Below, piece by piece: positions 25,442-34,544 of a stretch of 64,000 bases of DNA. Under the pieces are notes generated by a model. It was not told the DNA's origin and searched no databases. It saw nothing but the letters and a program-made list of their open reading frames with translations. This DNA comes from Flectonema sp. DT1601 (taxonomy: Eukaryota), in contig OZ025801.1 in the NCBI GenBank assembly GCA_964019425.1, positions 372,001 through 436,000 of the forward strand. The letters run 5' to 3'. The translations under genes were made by a program, and so were the position numbers. Every line of letters starts with the position of its first letter. The stretch's first letter is position 1.

Positions 25442-26041
25442 CTACAGCTCATCATTCTTATCAGAAGCGGGATTCTCAGAAAGGAGGGCTCTCGTTGAAT
25501 TAATGTAGTCAAATGCCTTCCAATTAATATCGATTGAGGTGTAAAGAGGTTTATCCTTAAAGAGCTGCATAACAAAGGGAGCGCTAGCTCCATACCTAAC
25601 TGTGAGAGTTCGATGTCGGTAAGTGTTAACGAGGGCAAAGTACGCTGAGCCACTCAATTCTAAAACTGCTTCCTTGAACGTATCAACTATGGAACCACTC
25701 TTATCAGAATGATCAATAAATGCGACATACCAGAGGTCGTCACCTCCTTGTGCTGCTGAGAAGTTTTTGCCTCCCAAATACATTACTTTGTCGGGTGTTA
25801 TTTTTGGTTTCTTCTTTTTTTTTTTTTTTGTCTTCTCGCCATCCCAGTCTGTTCTGAAGTATTCTTCTCCTTCTCCGCATTTTTTGTTTGCAAATCCTCC
25901 GCAGCTACGACGCTGTGTGCACCAACCGAATCCAACAGAGACGCATTCTTTACATGTTTGGTAGGATCTCAGATTGACTGATGGTTGCTGTGCTGATCCA
26001 ATTGTCACTAAAAACAATAATAATGTGACTGTCCGTTTCAT
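25442..26041 (-). CDS. ER-lumenal protein: signal peptide, Cys-rich PSI-like module, thioredoxin/PDI-like fold lacking CxxC, C-terminal NDEL, 199 aa
   Basis: Signal peptide MKRTVTLLLFLVTIGSA; CKECVSVGFGWCTQRRSC; PDI-like V.YL..KNF...WYVAF...FKEA..EL.G..FALVN; ends KNDEL*. Pyrimidine-tract AG at 26059-26060. Confidence 0.65.
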   Translation of the reverse strand: MKRTVTLLLFLVTIGSAQQPSVNLRSYQTCKECVSVGFGWCTQRRSCGGFANKKCGEGEEYFRTDWDGEKTKKKKKKKPKITPDKVMYLGGKNFSAAQGGDDLWYVAFIDHSDKSGSIVDTFKEAVLELSGSAYFALVNTYRHRTLTVRYGASAPFVMQLFKDKPLYTSIDINWKAFDYINSTRALLSENPASDKNDEL

Positions 26042-26465
26042 GTTTAGTTTTTTATTGTCTGTAAGGAAAATAAAAATTTTTGGGCAGCCACTACTCATCG
26101 CGCAGAGTTTCATTACATCCGACTTTATGCTGGTGTATTAGAACCATCGAAGACATATCTCTTGCTGTAGGAAACTGTTCAAAGAAAAAGTAAACAATAA
26201 CATGACCAAGAATAAAACAAACAAAATTTTTGACTAACCGACTAAAAAAATTTCAGGGTCCATTTTGAAAGCACCTCTAAAAAAAAAAAAAAAAAAAAGA
26301 AGAAGAAGAAAACAATAAAAAGCAGCAATTAACTGCTTCGCGCGCTGCGAAGAGGGAAAAACGGGTGAAACGTTTTTTTTTATTTTAATTTTCTTCCCCC
26401 ATGGGGAAAGCATTGCACAATGACTGTGCAGTGCGGTCAAAAGGAATTGACAACCAATGACAATA

Positions 26466-26505
<40 letters not shown>

Positions 26506-27112
26506 AAAACTGCAGACAATAGATACCATTTTCACAATATTTTTTTTTCTTTTTTTTTTCCAATGAAAAACAATTGTTAAAATTTGTTCTATTTTTTTTT
26601 TTTTCTTTTTTTCAGTCCTGCTGTTGCTCTCTTCTTTTTTTTTTCCTTTTTCTTCACTAACTTAACACCATTTCAGCAGGATTATATTTATCGGTTGTTA
26701 TTGTTTTTTGGTTAGGTTAAGTCAATAATTCTCACTCACTAAGAGAAGAATTTATTCCAACCAACTAGTGCTGTTGCATTGTGAGGAAGGAGCGCATCAG
26801 TGTGCAACAGCTTTGCAATTGCCCACTTGATTTGTTTTCCCTCCTCCTGTTCTTCTTTTATGTTCTCTCTCTCTCTCTCTCTTTTTTTTTTTTTTTTTTT
26901 TTTTTGATGCGCTCGTTCGTTTTTTTTTTTTGTTTTTTTTATAAATTCTTTTTTTTTTTTTTGTTATTCTTTTTTCCCCCCAATATCCTTTTCTGTATTA
27001 TTTTTTTTTTTTTTTTTTTTTCCCCCCCTAAGTTCTCCTCACGTTGCCGATATTTTTCCCATTTGGGAAACCAGCTTGTTGATATTGAGTTTTCCAACAG
27101 CGTGTCAATACA

Positions 27113-27660
27113 TTAAAAGTAAGGATACCAGTAAGGATGAGGAGCGTAGTATGGGTGTGGTGGTGGTCCAGGAGGAGGAAACCCCATCGCAGGATGGCCA
27201 TACGGAGATGGGTAAGGATAGCTCATCGGAGGTGGCATTGGAGGGCCCATCATTGGATGGCCCATCATGTGTGGTGGCATGTGAGGCGGCATAGGTGGGG
27301 GGACGTTGTTGATGGTACCATTTTGATGGTGAGGTCCATTAGCGTTTGGATTATTACTGGCAACCAACAGTTTTACTTCTATGGCGCGAGGTTTATTATC
27401 TTTATTTGGGTCTGATTCGATCCTGAATTCAACCTGTTTGTTTTATCTAAAGTTTTTTAATATTCTTATTGCGTCTACAAGAAGCCTTAATAATAACATA
27501 CGTCTTCACCTCCACCTGGCCTACTTCCACTTACTGCCTTGTGGTGAAGAAAAATCTCATCAGAACTGCCGTCTGGAACGACGAAACCGAAACCTTTCGT
27601 GTCGTACCACTTTACTATTTTTCCTTTCTGTCTCACACCGGAGTCTATAGTATTACGCAT
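27113..27660 (-). CDS. Cold-shock-domain protein with Pro/His/Tyr/Met-rich tail, 159 aa, exons 27660-27502 and 27433-27113
   Basis: Manual translation: MRNTIDSGVRQKGKIVKWYDTKGFGFVVPDGSSDEIFLHHKAV...GED|VEFRIESDPNKDNKPRAIEVKLL, containing RNP1 (KGFGF) and RNP2 (IFLH). 68-nt intron at 27434-27501. Exon 1 is absent from the ORF track. Confidence 0.9.
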
Positions 27661-28072
27661 ATTTGATTATAGAAGCCTTCCGATAAAACGGAAAGCAAGA
27701 TATACCTACCAAGTGATGTGATTGACAAACACGATAAACACAAGACACGATACATAAGAACCGTTACCCCTTCACAACATATTGGATTCTTCTGTATTCT
27801 TAAAAATAATAGTTTTCATTAAAAATATCACTTCGTCTTTAACAGAATACAATAAAAAGCGTTACTGTGAAAGGAGACACCGAGCAAAGGGAATGAACCC
27901 ACTGATGAAAAGCTAGAAACGAGTGAGGGATCGGAGAGGGGGGCGGTAACGCAAAGAAATTGAGCAGCTCGGTGCACCTCGACTCTCACACGATAATTTT
28001 TTTGAGAAACAAATAAAAAAAATTAAAAATAAAAACACTCACGACATAATAAGAATACCATCCTTTGTATCG

Positions 28073-29782
28073 TCAGCTTTCCTCACCAAATTCAAGTTTA
28101 CAACAGAACAATGTTTTGTAGATTCTCTGAACTTCTGTAAAAGTTGGTTTATGAGTTGTAAAAGGAACCCCAACGATTCTATTATCTGTTTTCTTTAGAG
28201 CGTATTGAGAAGAGTCGCGAACTAATGGAACTGCAACAGGATCATAAAAAGGTATTCTATTCATTGGTCCTGGAGCGTGAAGACAGATGGCAGCAGCTGC
28301 TGAGATTGGTGCTGCCCATGTGATGAGTTGTTCAATAATTAATTCTTTGTATCTGATTTCATGTCTTTTTCTCATCTGAGAACCAACTGTATCTGAACGA
28401 CCCTCATGGTTGGATTGTCTTCCTCCTTGTTTCTTACGAATAATATAACGACTGAAAGTTGTGTGAGACACGCATTCTCCTTTTGAGAAGATTCCTCCTG
28501 CGAATGAACCACCAACAGAAACCATAACGACAACACATCCTGAAATTATATTTTTAACAAATGAAATTGATGTTGATATTGGAACTGTGTCTTCTTCTTC
28601 TTCATCGTACCTCTCAACCTCATCTTCGCTGTCGTAATCATCCATGTCTAAGATATCATCATCACTCACATTGTCATTATCTTCGTTGATATTATTCGGA
28701 TCTTCGTGTTGTTCTGTTTTCTGTCCTTCAATAGATTTCATGTATTTCTTCTTTGCTTTGTGATCGGTCAGTAGCTCTACGGGTATCACAAAGTTGGGTT
28801 GAATTGATATTCCTTCTAATTTCAAAAGAGTTTTAAAAAGAGTTACAGAAACCCCATTACTTGTTAGAAGTACTGATGCCGTACCTTCGATTGCTTTTAT
28901 TGAGAATTCAACCTTCGGATCTGTTAGGTTGAGAGGAATGTCTTCGAATGCGATTTCTGTTTTATCAAATCTCTTACCCTTTGGAGGAGTTTTCTTCCTC
29001 CCAGGTGATTTAGGTGGTGACCTAGTCTTAGGTGGTGTTGGTGTTCGTCTTCCTTTAGTTGTTAAGATCGATGTTGAAAATACTTCATTCTCACTGGTTG
29101 TGATTTCTTTCCTTCCTCTTGCTTCTTTTCTAATTGCTGAACTTATTAATTTCTCAAAAGCATCCTCTAACTCTTCATTCCTAACTTCGATGTCTCGTTC
29201 CTTCTTTTTGACTGCTGCTTCACGGAGTTCCATCTGCTGAAGTTTTCTCTTTGCTTTTTTTTTCTCTCGGTTTCGAATTCTTTTTTCTGTGTCTTTGACA
29301 TCAGAACTGTGTTGTGAGAACATGATTGACGCATCTGTAATCCAATGTTGTTCTATTGGAAGTCTGTTTGGTAGGTCTGTTGATTCGAATAGAATGACCG
29401 ATCGAATGACTTCCTCCATCAAAATAGTTTCCGATAGTTGGATGTCAATAGCAGCTGCTACAGACATCCATTCTAATAGTTGCTTTTCTGTTTCTTGTAA
29501 GGAGTTGAGAAGATTTGTTTGTTTCTCTAAGAAAATCATGACTTTTTCAACCATCGCCGCGCCATACAATCTCGTGTCTGGTGGTGCTTCTGCTTTTGAT
29601 TTAAACTTCGCAGCCTTCGTTGCTATTCCTCCGGTTGTTAAGTTCTCAATCACACTTCTCAATTCGATGGAAGTTTTGTTTATTGTTTCTCTACCTGCTG
29701 TGATGATGATTGATGGGTCTAGTTTTCCATACTTCTCTGATAACTCGTCGAGTTCCTTTGATGTTCTACCAAATTCAGTCAT
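28073..29782 (-). CDS. Vms1/ANKZF1-like protein with a C-terminal VLRF1 release-factor-family domain and an N-terminal coiled coil; start uncertain
   Basis: GGSFAGGIF..GECVSHTTFSRYIIRKKQGGRQS...GSQMRK and D.RI..VPFTTHKPTFTEVQR. The first ATG after the pyrimidine-tract AG (29876-29877) is at 29782, but the frame stays open further upstream. Confidence 0.8.
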   Translation of the reverse strand: MTEFGRTSKELDELSEKYGKLDPSIIITAGRETINKTSIELRSVIENLTTGGIATKAAKFKSKAEAPPDTRLYGAAMVEKVMIFLEKQTNLLNSLQETEKQLLEWMSVAAAIDIQLSETILMEEVIRSVILFESTDLPNRLPIEQHWITDASIMFSQHSSDVKDTEKRIRNREKKKAKRKLQQMELREAAVKKKERDIEVRNEELEDAFEKLISSAIRKEARGRKEITTSENEVFSTSILTTKGRRTPTPPKTRSPPKSPGRKKTPPKGKRFDKTEIAFEDIPLNLTDPKVEFSIKAIEGTASVLLTSNGVSVTLFKTLLKLEGISIQPNFVIPVELLTDHKAKKKYMKSIEGQKTEQHEDPNNINEDNDNVSDDDILDMDDYDSEDEVERYDEEEEDTVPISTSISFVKNIISGCVVVMVSVGGSFAGGIFSKGECVSHTTFSRYIIRKKQGGRQSNHEGRSDTVGSQMRKRHEIRYKELIIEQLITWAAPISAAAAICLHAPGPMNRIPFYDPVAVPLVRDSSQYALKKTDNRIVGVPFTTHKPTFTEVQRIYKTLFCCKLEFGEES

Positions 29783-30157
29783 TTGATAAGCGTACTTAAA
29801 TAGGATACCGAGACTTCCAAATGCAACCGCTGGCTGCCACCAAGTTGAACCAAAAATTGCGATCGTTGTATGTGGCTGAAAAAAAAAAGGTATGTATGCG
29901 GAGAGCAATACACAACAATACTTAGAAAGAAACACCACTCAGGGCGCTCTTAGTTATTTTCTTCTTAAATGCCGAGGATAGGCGTGCGTACGTGGGCAAA
30001 GAAGCAGCACTTTCGTTTTCTTTTTTTCTCCCTGTCTTTTTTTTTTTTTTTTTTTTTTTTTTCCCCTCGTTTTATTCAACACACTTTCTTAAAAAAACTG
30101 GTGTATTTTTTATTAATTTTTTTTTTTTTAGAACAATAAATCTCCCAACAAGACGAA

Positions 30158-32329
30158 TCAAAATCGATTCCTGAGGAAGTCAATTTCAGCTTTAATATTA
30201 GCAACAGCCTGCTTGCCATATTTTTGTTGCATTTTGGTAGTGCAGTATGGACCTTCTGGATTCTCGAGAAAGGTTTGCATTGCCGTTGATCTCCCTTCAA
30301 TGAATTGAGGTACAGGAACATGTTGATACTCACGAGATATCTGTTCACTGTACTCAAAATATCTCGGTGTAGACCAACCAAGTACTCCAAGATCAATATC
30401 GAGGAATATAGCGAGGTCACCTGTTGCAGTCTTGCTGTGTTTCATGTGAGCCGCTGTTGACATGATCCAGTCAAATACCTGATTCGCATCCTCGTTTGAT
30501 ACGATGTCGGTGTTTTCAGAAGCAAATTTCATCCACATTTCGGCAGATAATTTTTCATTATCAGACTTTGTAGGATCATAAATAACATCATGGAAGAAGA
30601 TTGCGAACGAGACGAGGTCTGGACGAGTCATATCAGACTTTAGATCATCAAATAGTATGAACATCTGTTCAAGATGATCAAGACAGTGATAAGCTCTCTC
30701 TTCAGGTTTATTATAATAATCTCTGATAGTCCTCCACCAGAGAGCATTTCCTTTTGAGAGATCATTCCAACGGTTTGCGATACCACTGAGATCTGAAAGC
30801 TTTTTATCCATCCTCCCGGAATTTAGACCTTCCCAACAGTGGTTGACAACATCAACGAAGTCTTCATTTGTTAAGTGATTTGATAAGATGACATGACTTT
30901 TCTTAATCTTTTCTATCCCTGAGAGTTGGGCGTTAATCCGAAGGTTAGCATCCTCTTCTGACAGGTCAATCCCCTTTTCCTTCTTTTCCCTTTCGATCAA
31001 ACGAGTGCGTGCGATTGCTGTCGGAGCTACAATACACCAGACCTCGTCAACTAAGTCGTCAAAACCGGCTTCGATTAAAACCGCAGCCTCTATGAAGAGA
31101 ACCTTACTGGTAGATGAATCAATTAATAATTGTAAGTCTTTAGCGATAATCGGCCAAACAATTCCGTTTAATCTTTCCTTTTCTGATTCTGAAGAGAAGA
31201 ATATCGCTCCTAGCTTTCGTCTATCAATCTCTCCATCATCACCTAAGATAGATTCACCGTATTCTTTGACGACGAGATCTTTTCCTGCTGTACCTGGAGC
31301 GTAGGCATTGTGTCCAACTTTATCAGCGTAGATAACTTCAGCACCAAGAGTTTCAAGGTGTTTAGATGCGGTAGTTTTACCACAACCGATGCTACCAGTA
31401 AGACCTACAATGTATGGTTTTGATGATGTTTTCTTACACATTAGATAGTCTCCGTGGAGTAGACCTCCTGTAAGGGCTTGTCGGGCACCTGAAGATGATA
31501 GTTTTGAATTCTTATTTAATTCTTCTTTAATTGATCCAGTTGGAGATACTAGTCCAACGATAACGACATCAAGTGGAGGCATTCCTAACTCAGCTCGTTT
31601 AGCGTTGCAGGCATCACCTCCGGATTTAGTTTCTTCACTCACAGTAATACAATTAAATGAAGAGTCAGTAATTGAGGGTCCGTACCCGTCAATTAGTTCG
31701 CCTAATTCATACTTTACATCGTGTCTGACAGATCTTAAAAAAGATCTAACTTCACGTTCTCTCATTCCATATGGTTGTATTAATTCTTTAAGAGCTTTCT
31801 CTTTGAATAATGCATCACCAGCTATGCCACAAAATAATCTTCCTCCCTTCTCTACGGAGCATGCAGCAATAGATAGAAGAAGTTTTTGTCCAATGTGAAG
31901 TCTGTCAAATGTTCCACCCATGCATATGTTAGCGTATCTTTTCATTGGAGTAGTAGTATCGATCTTGCTTACAGGATCTGACTCTTCCGGAGGTGATAGT
32001 TTTTCCCAAAGAAGTCCAAGTTCACGAGCGACAGACTCTTCTCCAGGGTATCCCAGCAATGTTGATGTTTCCGGTACGTGTGAACAGTTCGAAGGAATTC
32101 CAGACAGAAGTACTCGGGTATCTAATTTCGGAGATGTAAAAAACGCTTTGTAATAAATTTCTCCCAACCTCTTCTGAAACGATTCCTGCCCCTCACCATC
32201 CTCCATAGACATCCCAACATACAGTCGATGTGTTGTTTCCCTTGCTGCGACGGTAACCTTTCCCAAATCATCTTCGTTGCGTATATTTACAAGAGCTACT
32301 CTGACCATTTTATTTGCGGTCTTTTTCAT
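30158..32329 (-). CDS. Bifunctional CoA synthase (PPAT + dephospho-CoA kinase) fused to a C-terminal HD-superfamily phosphohydrolase
   Basis: PPAT motifs GGTFDRLHIGQ, DGYGPS and VSEET..GG..N.KR; DPCK motifs GLTGSIGCGKTT, IDRRKLG and LNGIVWP; HD domain RAYH..DH, FFHDVIYDP...DNE..SA, FLDIDL.VLG and REY.HVP. Confidence 0.85.
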   Translation of the reverse strand: MKKTANKMVRVALVNIRNEDDLGKVTVAARETTHRLYVGMSMEDGEGQESFQKRLGEIYYKAFFTSPKLDTRVLLSGIPSNCSHVPETSTLLGYPGEESVARELGLLWEKLSPPEESDPVSKIDTTTPMKRYANICMGGTFDRLHIGQKLLLSIAACSVEKGGRLFCGIAGDALFKEKALKELIQPYGMREREVRSFLRSVRHDVKYELGELIDGYGPSITDSSFNCITVSEETKSGGDACNAKRAELGMPPLDVVIVGLVSPTGSIKEELNKNSKLSSSGARQALTGGLLHGDYLMCKKTSSKPYIVGLTGSIGCGKTTASKHLETLGAEVIYADKVGHNAYAPGTAGKDLVVKEYGESILGDDGEIDRRKLGAIFFSSESEKERLNGIVWPIIAKDLQLLIDSSTSKVLFIEAAVLIEAGFDDLVDEVWCIVAPTAIARTRLIEREKKEKGIDLSEEDANLRINAQLSGIEKIKKSHVILSNHLTNEDFVDVVNHCWEGLNSGRMDKKLSDLSGIANRWNDLSKGNALWWRTIRDYYNKPEERAYHCLDHLEQMFILFDDLKSDMTRPDLVSFAIFFHDVIYDPTKSDNEKLSAEMWMKFASENTDIVSNEDANQVFDWIMSTAAHMKHSKTATGDLAIFLDIDLGVLGWSTPRYFEYSEQISREYQHVPVPQFIEGRSTAMQTFLENPEGPYCTTKMQQKYGKQAVANIKAEIDFLRNRF

Positions 32330-32674
32330 CAGCTGTAAAATATATTTTGAACTTGAGTTCAATTCAACGAACTGAAAACTTCGGATGCATCAAAAGCTAA
32401 GGCCGTGCAATAAATGATATTTATGTATAAAATACTTTATCTAGGCATGGTCATTTCAGTTCCCAATCGAGCTGATTTCCTTCTCGGTATGAATCGACTC
32501 CGTACTATCAAACTAAATTAACTAAAGTTCTACAATGTGACTTACATTACAGTTAGCAACGATGTATTTTTTCGTGAAATGAGTGATAGCAAAAAGAAAA
32601 AAGAATTGCTTTTACAATAAACTTTTCATAAAACGAAGCCAAACCAGAAATAAATCAAAATATGAATCAAGAAA

Positions 32675-33335
32675 CTACTCCACAAGGAGAGGATCACAAT
32701 TCACGGGAAGCTCAACAGATTGAAGTTCATTGCGGCCTTGGAAGGAAATATTCCCCGACACTTGTTATACTTTCTAAGTCATTGAAGTCAAGTGAAATGA
32801 TTGATGAACAGTTTCGTAAGAACTCATCCTACCAAAGTAGCCACACTACCGAAATCATTATAGTCAAGCGAAGTAATTGACGAACAGTTTTCCAAGAACT
32901 TCCAACAGCAGTCGCACAACCAAGACCATCGAGGTAGTGAGCTATAAACCAGCCACGGTCTATAAACCGGTCACGGTCAGCTAAAGTGATAAATTCTGTA
33001 ACTGGTACTTACAGAGCACAAATATGCCGAAGCAGCACAGAATTGACTGATGAGTCAGTAAGAGAGGTGTGAGGAAGCGATTATCTTCTGGTGTAGGCAG
33101 TATTTATATGTACCATTTTGAGTGCTGTCTTTCAGGCTTGTTAGCACAGTGAGATGACGAGGTACCGTCATTGGTAGAAGTGCTGTCGGTTAAGAATGAA
33201 CTACCGATATCCGGAAGATCTGAGAACTCGATCGCCTTCACCGATTGGCAGTCGCACAAGAGGTTGTCCGCGATTGCTGTGACCTCAGAATCCGAACTGC
33301 GGAACGAAATCTGTTTGGCCACCCGAGGAAGCAAA
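32675..33335 (-). pseudogene. Decayed BspA/LRR_5-type leucine-rich-repeat gene
   Basis: Frameshifted minus-strand fragments read EVTAIADNLLCDCQSVKAIEFSDLP.IGSSFL, LDGLGCATAVG/FLENCSSITSLDYNDFGSVAT, DEFLRNCSSIISLDFNDLESITSVGEYFL and QGRNELQSVELP. Several stops and indels; imperfect tandem DNA repeat of about 77 bp at 32787-32930. Confidence 0.7.
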
Positions 33336-33428
33336 GAAGATCACCACCGAGTCTTATCGGCTCAAAACGGAAGAGAGCAGCTTTTGAAGTTAAGATCTCT
33401 GTGAGAGTTCCTTAAAGTAAAGAAGTGA

Positions 33429-34382
33429 CTACGCTGCGCAGTGTTTTTTAATGAAATTAGCAACCTTCGCAACGCCTTCAGCAGCCTCTGGGAATAATGG
33501 AGTAAAGATGGGATAGGAATGGCACATGTCGGGAACTACTTCAAGAGTCACATCAACGCCAGCAGCTGCAGCGTTGGCAGCGACTTTCTCAGCATCGCTG
33601 AGTAGGATTTCTGTGTCACCTACTAAGACGTACAGAGGAGGGAACTTTTCAAAACTTCCATTAGCTGGGGAGTACATTGGAAGGGAAGGATCATTGTCGG
33701 CTATTTTATTATTATTGATATCAACATTTCCAATAGCCATATCGATTACTATTCTAAGTAGGTCTCCATTATCACCTAACATTACATCATTCTCTGCATT
33801 AGTTATGTGACTATCACCAGATCCTGTGAGGTCTGCAAAAGGTGATATAGAAACAGCACACTTAGGAAGTGGAACTCCTTGATCCCGTAATGCCTGTAAT
33901 GCCAACAGACAAAGACCTCCTCCAGCAGAGTCTCCTGCAATTGATATTTTTGAAGGGTCAGTGTTTTCAATCATGTTTTTATACAAAGAAACTACATCTT
34001 CAGTGCAACATGGAAGTGGATATTCCGGAGCATGTCTATAATTAACACCCACTACTGGTATCTTAGTCATCTCACTTAACTTAGCACACATACTTGATGA
34101 CATTTGAGAGTTACCCATAATGTATGCTCCGCCAGGTAGATATATTATTTTATGTTTGCTTTCTGATAAATCTCCGTATGTGAATTGAACACAATTAACT
34201 CCACTCTTCAGCATTGGTTCAGCAGTTGTTGTTAATGGATTTATTAAATTTGGGACAAGTTCACACGCTCCTCTCATAAATTTAGTACTCGAAGCAGGCC
34301 TTGCAGGAAGATTTAATTTCTTTCCTGCTTTATTCGTAAGCCTGACAGCTCTACTAAAAGCTGCATACGGTGATGATACCAT
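33429..34382 (-). CDS. Alpha/beta hydrolase, hormone-sensitive-lipase family (Abhydrolase_3) esterase, 317 aa
   Basis: YLPGGAY (oxyanion HGG-like), NYRHAPEYP, nucleophile GDSAGG, SPFADL, E and H triad region (GDTEIL, MCHSY). Confidence 0.9.
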   Translation of the reverse strand: MVSSPYAAFSRAVRLTNKAGKKLNLPARPASSTKFMRGACELVPNLINPLTTTAEPMLKSGVNCVQFTYGDLSESKHKIIYLPGGAYIMGNSQMSSSMCAKLSEMTKIPVVGVNYRHAPEYPLPCCTEDVVSLYKNMIENTDPSKISIAGDSAGGGLCLLALQALRDQGVPLPKCAVSISPFADLTGSGDSHITNAENDVMLGDNGDLLRIVIDMAIGNVDINNNKIADNDPSLPMYSPANGSFEKFPPLYVLVGDTEILLSDAEKVAANAAAAGVDVTLEVVPDMCHSYPIFTPLFPEAAEGVAKVANFIKKHCAA

Positions 34383-34544
34383 TTCGTGCCTGGATTGTAA
34401 TTAATATTTCGTATAATTAGAAACGAAATCAACAAGAACATCAACAACTAAAACGATACAACAGAAATACTAAACAATAAAAAAAAGGGAATCTACGATA
34501 CTTGTCCTACAAGAGACAATAAAAAAAAGAAAATATCACAATCC

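Noticed and set aside
27898..27930. CTGATGA...GAAAC resembling a hammerhead ribozyme core
   Set aside because: The 7 nt between the motifs (AAAGCTA) cannot form stem II, and no convincing stems I and III are present.
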